Shown here in pieces: positions 7,361 through 16,200 of a stretch of 16,863 nt of DNA (the first letter of the stretch is position 1; each line of letters begins with the position of its first letter). The stretch comes from a candidate division WOR-3 bacterium. GTDB lineage: Bacteria; Hydrothermota; Tepidihabitantia; SM23-42; CAYGYG01. The stretch covers positions 1-16,863 of the forward strand of contig CBFGIV010000051.1 of assembly GCA_965648915.1 (NCBI GenBank). The letters are read 5' to 3'. The position numbers and the translations under genes were made by a program. The notes beneath the pieces are model-generated. The model saw nothing but the letters and a program-made list of their open reading frames with translations, was not told the DNA's origin and made no database searches.

Positions 7361-9044
7361 TCTCTGGTTGTTAGATCAATCATCGTCGGGATACAGGATC
7401 AGCACTATCAAATTTGAAGGGAATAGAACATTCCGGGCTGGTCGTCTTAACAAGATTCTGGTCTCCAGGAAAGGCGATCCCTTCAGTGAAGCAATATTAA
7501 AGTATGATCTCGATCTCCTTGTGACCTTCTACAACGCCCAGGGATTTATTGGGACCAGAGTTACCTCGGTTGAGGAGAAGGATTTTACTCAGCGCAAGAT
7601 AAAGATCAACATCAAGATCGATGAAGGTGAGCGCCCCCGGATCGATCGAATATTGCTGGCCGGGGTTGAGGAAGATGAGAAACCTTTTTTAATGAAGAAA
7701 ATCCTTCTCGCTGAAGGTGATTATCTTATCGATGACAGGATCTCTCGCTCGAATTTAGCAATCACCAATGAATTTAAGGAGAGGGGTTTTCCCGAGGTTA
7801 AGGTTACAAATAAATTTGTCTATGATACCCGGTCTCTGATCTTCACAGTGGAGAGGGGGTCGATGCGTTACTTCCGCAACACCCGGGTTACCGGCCTGAG
7901 ACGCTATCGCGAATCGATTATTAAACGGGAGATTAAAATAAAGAAGGGAGATATCTATTCCCTTTCCCGGGTATTACGGAGTCAGCGGGCGATATACGGT
8001 CTTGGCCTCTTTGGCTATGTTGATGCCTCCACTGAACCGGTCGGGTCAGAGAGCGTCGATGTCAATTTCATCGTCAGTGAGATCTCGCCCCGCATTTTTA
8101 ATTTTGGTATTGGTATTCAGTTGCCGATTCGATTTTTAGCCTCTTTTGGCCATCAGCACCTTAATCTTTTCAATGCCGGAAATATACTGGGCAGTGATGT
8201 CTCTTTTGCCATTAACCTTAAAAAAGAATACGATGTCAAATTTGAACCCCGTTATACGGTACCGCATATCTTTAACACCCAGTTCTATTTCCTGGTTTAT
8301 CCTTTTCTTGAGTATGAACACCAGGATAGTTTTAATCGGATGACCCGGGGGGTTGAAGGAAAGGTTTTTCGTTTTTTAGGGGATAATCTTCAAATCAATC
8401 TTGCCAACCGTTATAAATATGTCGATCTCAAGATGAAGGCAACTGCGCCCCGCACGGACAGATCGGCAATAACGAATAGCATTATTGCCAGTGTTATTTT
8501 CGATCTTCGTGATGATTTTTTTACTCCAAGCAAGGGTATATATATTATGCCTCTGTTTGAGGATGCGGGCGGGATATTAGGGGGAGATAATCATTTTTAT
8601 CGATTGAACGGTGAACTGCGCTATTTCCTTCCTTTGATTTATGGTGTGGGTGCATTACGCATCCGCGCCGGCCGGATCTACCCAAGGAGAGAGCCAGTCT
8701 CCCTCCATGAGAAATTTTCTCTGGGTGGGCAGTTAAGCCTGCGGGGTTTCGACGAAAAGGCGATCGGCCCGGATTCTTTGGCCGGGGAACATTACGGCGA
8801 TATTATGGCAAATTTAAATCTTGAATATCGTTTTGACCTCTACAAAAGTTTCGGCGGCTTACTCTTTTTTGATCTCGGCGATGTCAGGAATGAGATCCAA
8901 GATTTTGGGTTGACCGAGACCCCCAAATCGATCGGAGCTGGTCTACGCTTTAAGACGCCGATCGGACCGATTCGTTTCGATTACGGTCGGGGTTTTGGCC
9001 AGAAACGCGGGCACTTCTATTTCGGTCTCTATCATATATTCTGA
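7341..9044 (+). CDS. Omp85-family outer membrane protein, TamA-like (POTRA domains plus beta-barrel)
   Basis: About three POTRA-like repeats (ISTIKFEGNRTF, YNAQGF, IYGLGLF), DLRDDFFTPSKG, lid motif LGGQLSLRGF, GLRFKTPIGPIRFDYG and a terminal Phe. The 567-aa length and adjacency to tamB favour TamA over BamA. Overlaps the upstream gene by 20 nt. Confidence 0.88.
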   Translation: MVALLFSLWLLDQSSSGYRISTIKFEGNRTFRAGRLNKILVSRKGDPFSEAILKYDLDLLVTFYNAQGFIGTRVTSVEEKDFTQRKIKINIKIDEGERPRIDRILLAGVEEDEKPFLMKKILLAEGDYLIDDRISRSNLAITNEFKERGFPEVKVTNKFVYDTRSLIFTVERGSMRYFRNTRVTGLRRYRESIIKREIKIKKGDIYSLSRVLRSQRAIYGLGLFGYVDASTEPVGSESVDVNFIVSEISPRIFNFGIGIQLPIRFLASFGHQHLNLFNAGNILGSDVSFAINLKKEYDVKFEPRYTVPHIFNTQFYFLVYPFLEYEHQDSFNRMTRGVEGKVFRFLGDNLQINLANRYKYVDLKMKATAPRTDRSAITNSIIASVIFDLRDDFFTPSKGIYIMPLFEDAGGILGGDNHFYRLNGELRYFLPLIYGVGALRIRAGRIYPRREPVSLHEKFSLGGQLSLRGFDEKAIGPDSLAGEHYGDIMANLNLEYRFDLYKSFGGLLFFDLGDVRNEIQDFGLTETPKSIGAGLRFKTPIGPIRFDYGRGFGQKRGHFYFGLYHIF

Positions 9045-9054
9045 GGTTGTCAGT

Positions 9055-12000
9055 ATGAGAAGATATTTAACAGTCATTATCCTATTTATAATTCTGGCGA
9101 CTGTCTATCTCTATTTTGCCTTTAATGCTGGAAGACTTTTTATTGCTTTCATTGAAGGGAGAACGAAATTAAAAATTGAGTATGATAATCTGCAGGGCAA
9201 TATATTGACCGGCTATCGGGCAAATCATTTGAAGATAAAGATAAGTCCGGGCGACAGCCTCTGGGCAGATAATTTTGAAATTAGATACCGACTGATTCCG
9301 CTCGTTCTCCATCACCCATCAGCGATTGAGGTAAATCTGAACCAGCCCCGGCTTGTTTTGACTCAAAAAGAGTCGATCCGGGGCAGAAAGCCACCAGTGA
9401 TGGCTTTAGCCCTGAATCTTATTTTGAATATTAAAAATGGTCAGATTGCATATGTCAGTAAGGATACAATCTTTTTTGACTCCATCTTTGGTTCTTTCCG
9501 GGTTTCAACCCGGACTAACCGCGTTAACATCTTCATCTCTGATCTCTCATTTGGTATACCCAGAAAGGGAATCCGGGTCAATTCATTATCTACCGCACTT
9601 ATTATCAGTGAACAGCGACTGAATTTTAACTATCTGACCCTTAAGAGTGAATGGCTGGAATTTGAAGGTTCGGGCCTTTATGACCTTGGTGAGAAATTAC
9701 TCTCTCTTTCGATTAATAATGCCCACCTTGACCTCAAACCCCTAATTAAGGGGCTTGAAGGTAAGGGCGAAGTCCGCGGTAATATCACTTACCAGAATAA
9801 TAAAGTCTGGGGTAATGGCGAGATCAGGGTTTTCAATCTCAAGTTGTTCAAACAACCGTCCCTGCTTCTTGATTATGGATCGGGTAGTTTCTCGGCGGCG
9901 GACGACAGTATAAAATTGATTATCAGAGAAGGGCGGATGGGAAGCAGTCAATTTAAGGGTGAATTTAAGTTTGTAATACCCAGGACATATTTTTTTGATC
10001 TCACTTTCGATTCACTCAACCTTCGACAATTGGAGCCGAGGCTCCCCCAGCTGTTTATCAAAGGCAATCTAACATACCAGACCGGTAAGCTCAAGGGGAA
10101 GATCTTTTCCGATAATCCAGGGCTGGACAGCGCCCATTTTTCTCTCACGCTCATTGAAAAGAGATTGGAGATAGAGAGCCTGAGGGCTTATGGTCAGAAT
10201 GGTCGACTTCTGGTCCGGGGCGATATTTTACCAAAATTAAATCTCTTCATCCATACCGAAAGATATCCGCTCACAGTCATCAATGAATTCTTTAATCTGG
10301 GATTGAAGGGCTGGGCCTCAGGCAGCTGGGCGGTCTTCGGCGACCTTAAAGGGCCAACCGTTACGGGTCGTTTCCGGTTGACCGATATTGACTGGAGGGA
10401 TCGCTGCCATTGTGGCGAGGTGAACGGTGTCGTTAACGCCACCTTGACCCAACCGGAGATCGAAAGACTTGAGGTAGAGGTTTCTGCTCTCCAGTTTGAA
10501 AAACAACTCATTGATCATTTCGAGATTAAACTGGCCCATCGGGTCTTTGCGGTCAATATCCGGGCCGATACCAGTCGTTTCCTCTCCATTGAAGGGAAAA
10601 TCGATGGGCTCTTTGCCGGTCAAATTGACCGGGTAGCGGGATCAGTTGATGGCTTTGAGTTTAAGAACTTAAAACCATTCCCATACGATATTAAGAACAA
10701 AACAATCGGGGAGATGGAATTCAGCATCGGCCCGGGCCATCTCTATGCCCGGCTCAGCGCTGGTCGCCCCTATGTGCGAATCACAAAACTCCAGATCGCC
10801 GATTTGAATAAGATCTTTCCCCGACCCCGGTTATATGGTATTGCCGAAATAACTCTTGATGGTGAAAAATTCAATGTCGAGTGCGACAGTTTTAAATTAC
10901 TGGATATTATAAATTATGGAGAACTTGAGATCCAGGGGAGAGCGGTTGGTAAAGACCTTTTGATCGATTCCCTCTGGGTCATCGATCTTAATGGTGGCCA
11001 GGCCTGGGCACGAGGCAGACTTGGCCTTGAGGGATTGGATGTCCAGGCCCGCGGTTCAAACTTAAGTCTGGGTGTATTTGCGATGCTTGACAAAATTCTG
11101 GAGCGCGGCCAGGGACGGGTGAATGGAGAAATTCGGGCCACAGGGAGTTACGGGGATATGAATATCGATGGCCAGGCACAATTTATCGACAGCGATTGCC
11201 GGTTGATTTTAACCGAGAGTCCGATCCGTAATGCATCGGGTAATGTCAGGTTTGAGGGGAAGAGAATCGTTTTTGAAAAGATTGATGGTTTTTGTGGGGA
11301 CGGGAGGGCAAGTCTTCAGGGATATGTTCAGTTAGGTCCGAAATTTAAAATGGCCGATCTGGAATTGAGACTGGTCTTTGAAGATTGTCTGGGGAGTTTT
11401 CGGCCCATCGTCTATGGCCGGGGCAGTGGAAAGATAAAGGTCTTTTATCATAAGAATCGCGCATCCTACGAGGGCGATGTATATGTTCATGAGGCAATTC
11501 TTCCGTTAGGTTTTGGGACGACGATCATCCGTAAGAAACCCACCGGTAAAGAAGGTCCGTGGAGCATGAAGATTCGGTTTGCCGGTGATAGGAATATCTG
11601 GCTTAAGAATGATATGGCCGATGTCGAGATGGGGGGTGAGATCTTCTTGATGAAAACGGATAGCGATATCTACCTCTCGGGCGAATTGAATAGCCGCCGG
11701 GGTCGGATCTACTATCTCGATCACACCCTTACCGTAACTGAAGGGAAGGTGGTCTTTACCTCAGATCCCGAGTTCAACCCGATGCTCGATATCCGTTCCG
11801 AGATGGTTGCGCGCGGCAATATAACAATCATCTTTCGCATTACCGGGAATTTTCGCTATCCCGTCTTTGAGTTTTTTACCGATAATGCGGAATGGAGCGA
11901 ACAGGATATCATCACTTACTTAAATTTGAATATGACCTGGCAGGAATTACAGGAATATCAGCGGCGGGATGTGGTCGGCAATGTCCTGCCCCGTCGGGTC

Positions 12001-12285
12001 TTCGAATATATTGAAGCAGGTGCATCCCGCCAGTTGAGGAAGATAACCGGTCTGGACTATTTTAGTTTTGAAACGCCGATCTTTTCCACCAGCAATCAAG
12101 CAAAGGTGACAGTTGGTAAATATGTATCCCCTAACATCTTTATTACTTATACCCACGATGTATTCTCTTTTGCCCAGGATGCCTTTGCGGTTGAATATAT
12201 CTTTAATAACCGAAACGAATTAATGATTAAAAAGGCCAGCGGGAATATCTACTCGCTTGAATATCAATTCCGGATTCGTTACTGA
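9055..12285 (+). CDS. tamB: Translocation and assembly module TamB-like protein (AsmA-like)
   Basis: N-terminal TM anchor (MRRYLTVIILFIILATVYLYFAF), long Gly-rich beta-strand body, and a C-terminal TamB-type region (FNPMLDI, VTVGKYVSPNIFITY, LEYQFRIRY). ATG 9055 with GAGG upstream is preferred over TTG 8995, which would overlap the Omp85 gene. Confidence 0.82.
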   Translation: MRRYLTVIILFIILATVYLYFAFNAGRLFIAFIEGRTKLKIEYDNLQGNILTGYRANHLKIKISPGDSLWADNFEIRYRLIPLVLHHPSAIEVNLNQPRLVLTQKESIRGRKPPVMALALNLILNIKNGQIAYVSKDTIFFDSIFGSFRVSTRTNRVNIFISDLSFGIPRKGIRVNSLSTALIISEQRLNFNYLTLKSEWLEFEGSGLYDLGEKLLSLSINNAHLDLKPLIKGLEGKGEVRGNITYQNNKVWGNGEIRVFNLKLFKQPSLLLDYGSGSFSAADDSIKLIIREGRMGSSQFKGEFKFVIPRTYFFDLTFDSLNLRQLEPRLPQLFIKGNLTYQTGKLKGKIFSDNPGLDSAHFSLTLIEKRLEIESLRAYGQNGRLLVRGDILPKLNLFIHTERYPLTVINEFFNLGLKGWASGSWAVFGDLKGPTVTGRFRLTDIDWRDRCHCGEVNGVVNATLTQPEIERLEVEVSALQFEKQLIDHFEIKLAHRVFAVNIRADTSRFLSIEGKIDGLFAGQIDRVAGSVDGFEFKNLKPFPYDIKNKTIGEMEFSIGPGHLYARLSAGRPYVRITKLQIADLNKIFPRPRLYGIAEITLDGEKFNVECDSFKLLDIINYGELEIQGRAVGKDLLIDSLWVIDLNGGQAWARGRLGLEGLDVQARGSNLSLGVFAMLDKILERGQGRVNGEIRATGSYGDMNIDGQAQFIDSDCRLILTESPIRNASGNVRFEGKRIVFEKIDGFCGDGRASLQGYVQLGPKFKMADLELRLVFEDCLGSFRPIVYGRGSGKIKVFYHKNRASYEGDVYVHEAILPLGFGTTIIRKKPTGKEGPWSMKIRFAGDRNIWLKNDMADVEMGGEIFLMKTDSDIYLSGELNSRRGRIYYLDHTLTVTEGKVVFTSDPEFNPMLDIRSEMVARGNITIIFRITGNFRYPVFEFFTDNAEWSEQDIITYLNLNMTWQELQEYQRRDVVGNVLPRRVFEYIEAGASRQLRKITGLDYFSFETPIFSTSNQAKVTVGKYVSPNIFITYTHDVFSFAQDAFAVEYIFNNRNELMIKKASGNIYSLEYQFRIRY

Positions 12286-12292
12286 TTTTTTT

Positions 12293-13117
12293 TCAAAAGA
12301 GTTCCAGATCTTTCTTGATCTTATAAATCCGGGGCAATAATTCTCGGAATCTATCTTCGGTTTTTAAGATCCATTCATCAAAGTGTTCCTTGAGTCGCGC
12401 TTTTGTCCAGCGGTGATTATTTAAGTCTTTCTGGTCAAAAAAGAATCCATCGGCTCGGGCCTCGGCCGGGGTCAAACAGATCGGGCAGCGATAGAGGTTT
12501 TTGGCAGTCTTCTCAAACAGGGTTGAGAAGTCAACTGGACAGTGGTCACTGATCGTTGAAGTGTAAGGCACGGACTGATATGTAAGGATTTTCTCGGTCG
12601 CTTGCTCGATCTGCTCGATGCCATTATTCAGTAATACTTCGCCCGGGCCAGCCCCGTAGAGAAAGAAACTGTCGATGATCCGGCAACCGAGGGCAAGGAG
12701 GAAGAGGTTTAACAGGGGCAATTGCAGTTGATGCCAGTCGATGGGTGCGGCGATTCCGATGCTGATGGCCGGTATCTCCGGTCGGTCCCGGAGCAAGGGA
12801 TAGATACAAAGGAAACGATCCAGAACCATCTTGATTTTGCCGGGAACGGTCAGGATATAAGTTGGTGCTAAGAGGATAATGGCATCGGCCTGCATCAGGA
12901 TACTAATTAGATTATATAAATTATCATTGAGTTTGCATCTTATCCCCTTAAAGATACAACTCATACAACCCTGACAGGCTTCAATCCGGAAATCTTTAAT
13001 ATTGACAATGGTGGCTTCGATCTTTTTTGTTTGAATGAATCTCCGGGCGTATCGGGCGAGGAGTTCACAGTTGCCGTTCCTCCGGGCTGAGGCAACGATA
13101 ATGACGATATGTTTCAT
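12293..13117 (-). CDS. Flavodoxin-fold iron-sulfur flavoprotein / NADPH-dependent FMN reductase-like protein with a C-terminal extension
   Basis: FMN loop ASARRNGNC, CxxCxxCx6C motif (CQGCMSCIFKGIRC), ADAIILLAPTY and KMVLDRF. Confidence 0.85.
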   Translation of the reverse strand: MKHIVIIVASARRNGNCELLARYARRFIQTKKIEATIVNIKDFRIEACQGCMSCIFKGIRCKLNDNLYNLISILMQADAIILLAPTYILTVPGKIKMVLDRFLCIYPLLRDRPEIPAISIGIAAPIDWHQLQLPLLNLFLLALGCRIIDSFFLYGAGPGEVLLNNGIEQIEQATEKILTYQSVPYTSTISDHCPVDFSTLFEKTAKNLYRCPICLTPAEARADGFFFDQKDLNNHRWTKARLKEHFDEWILKTEDRFRELLPRIYKIKKDLELF

Positions 13118-13123
13118 GGATCA

Positions 13124-13151
13124 AGATTAACCGTTTCTCCCCCTTTGTCAA
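13124..13151 (-). promoter_or_regulatory. Promoter TTGACA-N16-TAATCT for the flavoprotein gene, probably leaderless
   Basis: -35 at 13151..13146, -10 at 13129..13124. ATG 13117 lies 7 nt after the -10 and there is no SD. Confidence 0.7.
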
Positions 13152-13264
13152 CTTTCTCTTTTTAGTTTGCGAAAAAATCTCGGCTTTGTTTATTACATAA
13201 CCCAGGTCCGGTAGATTATTCGATTTTTAAAGAGAGATTGTAATTAAAAGTCATCGGTTGATCT

Positions 13265-16200
13265 TTATCTGATCAGAATAACCTTCCTGGTCTTCTGAAG
13301 TTTAGCAGTCTCAAATCGGATAAAATAAATACCACAGGGCAAAGCCTTAGCATCCCAGACAACCTCATAAAGGCCAGCCGGTTCGGTCTTCTCTTTTATC
13401 TTTTTAACAAGTCTACCTAAGATATCATAAATTACAATCTTTACCTTCAACGACCTATTTAAACCATACCTTATTCTTATCATCCCCTTTGCTGGATTGG
13501 GATAGACCGGACCAAAGAATAATTTATAAGGAATATTTAAGACTTCACCCCCCTGGGCACCACGGGCAAATCCTTCTCTTTTTTCACGCTCAAATTCATA
13601 AATTGAAATCTCACCACAGACCACATAACGCCGCTTGACTTTATCAATATCTACAATAATCTCACCATCAGCATACAAACTATCAGGAATAAATATTGTG
13701 ACCCTCTTCAATTCATAAGGCTTGACATAAGAGAGATCTAAAGGGACGCCATCGACCTTTAATAATTGAACTAAGGTATAGATCGAATCTTTGTCATCAC
13801 TGATTCCATTAATAAGAGATTGACGCTGTATCCCATCGCCCTTTGAGGGATAGGGTGAGGGGTAAATCGAAAGCGATTCCGCTTCTAAGCTGTTGTCACC
13901 AGTATCAAATATTTCGCTTTTCGGAAATTCAAAATAGTAAGAAAGGTCAATCCGATAGGCTTTATTTTGGTCTAAGTTAAAACCATATCTTAAATAGCGA
14001 TTGTCATAGTCAACGCTCTTGTAAGGTTCAGGACCAAATCTTATAAACCCTTTCCGCCTTAAACAGTAAGAAGATTGGATCGACTCGCCACAGTCAGCAT
14101 AAAAACTTGGCACCCTTGGCACAACCCGCTTGCGAAATTTTATATCATAGGGCAAGGTCTTCCCTTCAGTCCATAAGACAAAGAGTAGCGAATCAGAATT
14201 TGTCTGATTGAATAAGGCTTGTGGAAATCGGGCATTGGTCAGAGTTGTTGAGATGGTATCCCTTGGCCCCCAGTTATGGCCATTGAATCTTGAGAAGTAT
14301 ATATTCGAATCGCCCCAGACCGAATACCAACCTGAAATTACCGGGTATGACCAGAAACGCCAGAAAAATGGCCCATAAACCGTCATCGTATCAGACCAGG
14401 AATCTGGAATCCCTTTCTGCCTGAATCGGATACTATGCCTTAACTCACCAGTCCATTCATCCCAGACTGAATAGAGTCTATTACTGAAATGGTCTAAGTT
14501 TGGATAAAGGCCTGAGGCAATATTCTCTCTTGGTGACCAGACACCCTGTTTCTTGAATTGATAGAAGATCTCGCTCTGACCTACTGACCACTTCTCCCAG
14601 ACAACATGAACAATATCTGAATCGTCTAAGACTAATGAATGGCAGGCAAATTCTGGATGGAGCTGGGTGCCAAGGGTATCATACCTGAATGAACCTATAT
14701 TGTCGAGCGCAAAACTGCCACAATAGTCAGCAAAGAGATCTTCTTGATAATGGGAAACCCAGAGGACAGAAACAGTATCAGATGAAGATATTCCGGCCGA
14801 TGGCTTGGGCACGACCAGCTCTTCAACCGGCCTTGAGATTCTTCCAGTTGAAAAGAGACAGGTATCTTTCCAGACCCGACGGTTGAACCTCTTTGCAAAG
14901 AAAAGTCTCTGATAGCCTTTGAGCGAATCAGTTTCATCCGGAACCCAACGGCCAAATAAAAGTCCAGGCTCACCATTCTTATCTAAGAAGATTGCCGGAT
15001 ACTTGCCTTGACCAATATATCGGCAGGCCTGCCAGGCGTCACCTTTGTCTGTAGAAAAGGTATAAATCACACTATCATTTGAGGCAAAGACAAGGTGTAA
15101 GGTATCTCTAAAGTAAGCCAATTTTCTTCCAAAACCTGTGGCATCAAAGTCTCTTGAAACCATAAGAATCGGCAAGATTGGACCTCTGAGCCAGGGACGA
15201 TAGATAATATAGTCACCGATTGAATCACCCCGACCAGAAGGATTATGATCAGGCGGAAGATTTGATGGGTCATAAGGACCAGTAATATCTCCCCACCAGT
15301 TCGAATCTGCTCTGATAACCCGTTGGGCATTGCCTGTGGAACTTATCATACCAACACGGTTGGCTGAAATATCGTTCAACTTAATGATCAGGGAACAGGT
15401 CGGTACATACCAGGACCAATTCCTGATCCAGAGACCATATTCTCTGTTTTGGGTGATATTGTTCTGATAAAGATGGACATAAGGCGTATCATTATACTGA
15501 TCAACATTGTCAATCACAACCCCATTGTCATTTTTGGTGATTGAAGAGTTTAAGAGTCTGAGACAGGTTTTGTTGTTTATGTTGATACCACCATTGGTAT
15601 ACCAGCCAGTATTTTCAATAAGAGAACGGTCAATAATTGAAATCTCAGGCCTGGCATTATGAAAACGAATACCACTCCATAGAGAACAGGAAGGATAACT
15701 TGTAAATGTTACACCTCTAACTTTCACTGAACCTAAATCATCAATCTTAAAATATGTGCTCGGTCCAAATTTTAAGACATTACCCGATTCGATCTCAACC
15801 AGCACAGTTGTATCAGCCCGGCCAGAAATATTGAGATGATTACCGGTCAGCCGATACGGGGCGATAATATACGGTACCCCCTGATTATGCCAGACCAGAC
15901 TCTTATTGATACGAACATCAGGAATTATCAGGACCGCACTTGAACAGTTGCTGGCAAAGGTATTTCCTGAAAACTCACGCAGACAATTTGAGGTTAGTTT
16001 TAATGGATAGTATCTGTTATCAATAAACTGATTCCCTTTTATTTCAGGAATTATTGAAAGATTCTGATAGCGACCATGGAAATCAAAACCATAATTGAAA
16101 CTATTCCTTATGACTGAATTCTTAAGCACAAATGGCGTATGGATGTCACCGAGTGTAATATTGGCCGAATCTCGCTGCCAGGGAGACTCTAACTTACCAC

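Noticed and set aside
8995..9054. TTG start for tamB at 8995
   Set aside because: It overlaps the conserved C-terminus of the Omp85 gene. ATG 9055 gives a typical basic plus TM N-terminus.
13172..13217. Possible terminator downstream of the large minus-strand gene
   Set aside because: The stem (AATCT/AGATT, CGG/CCG) is heavily interrupted and too weak to call without folding software.
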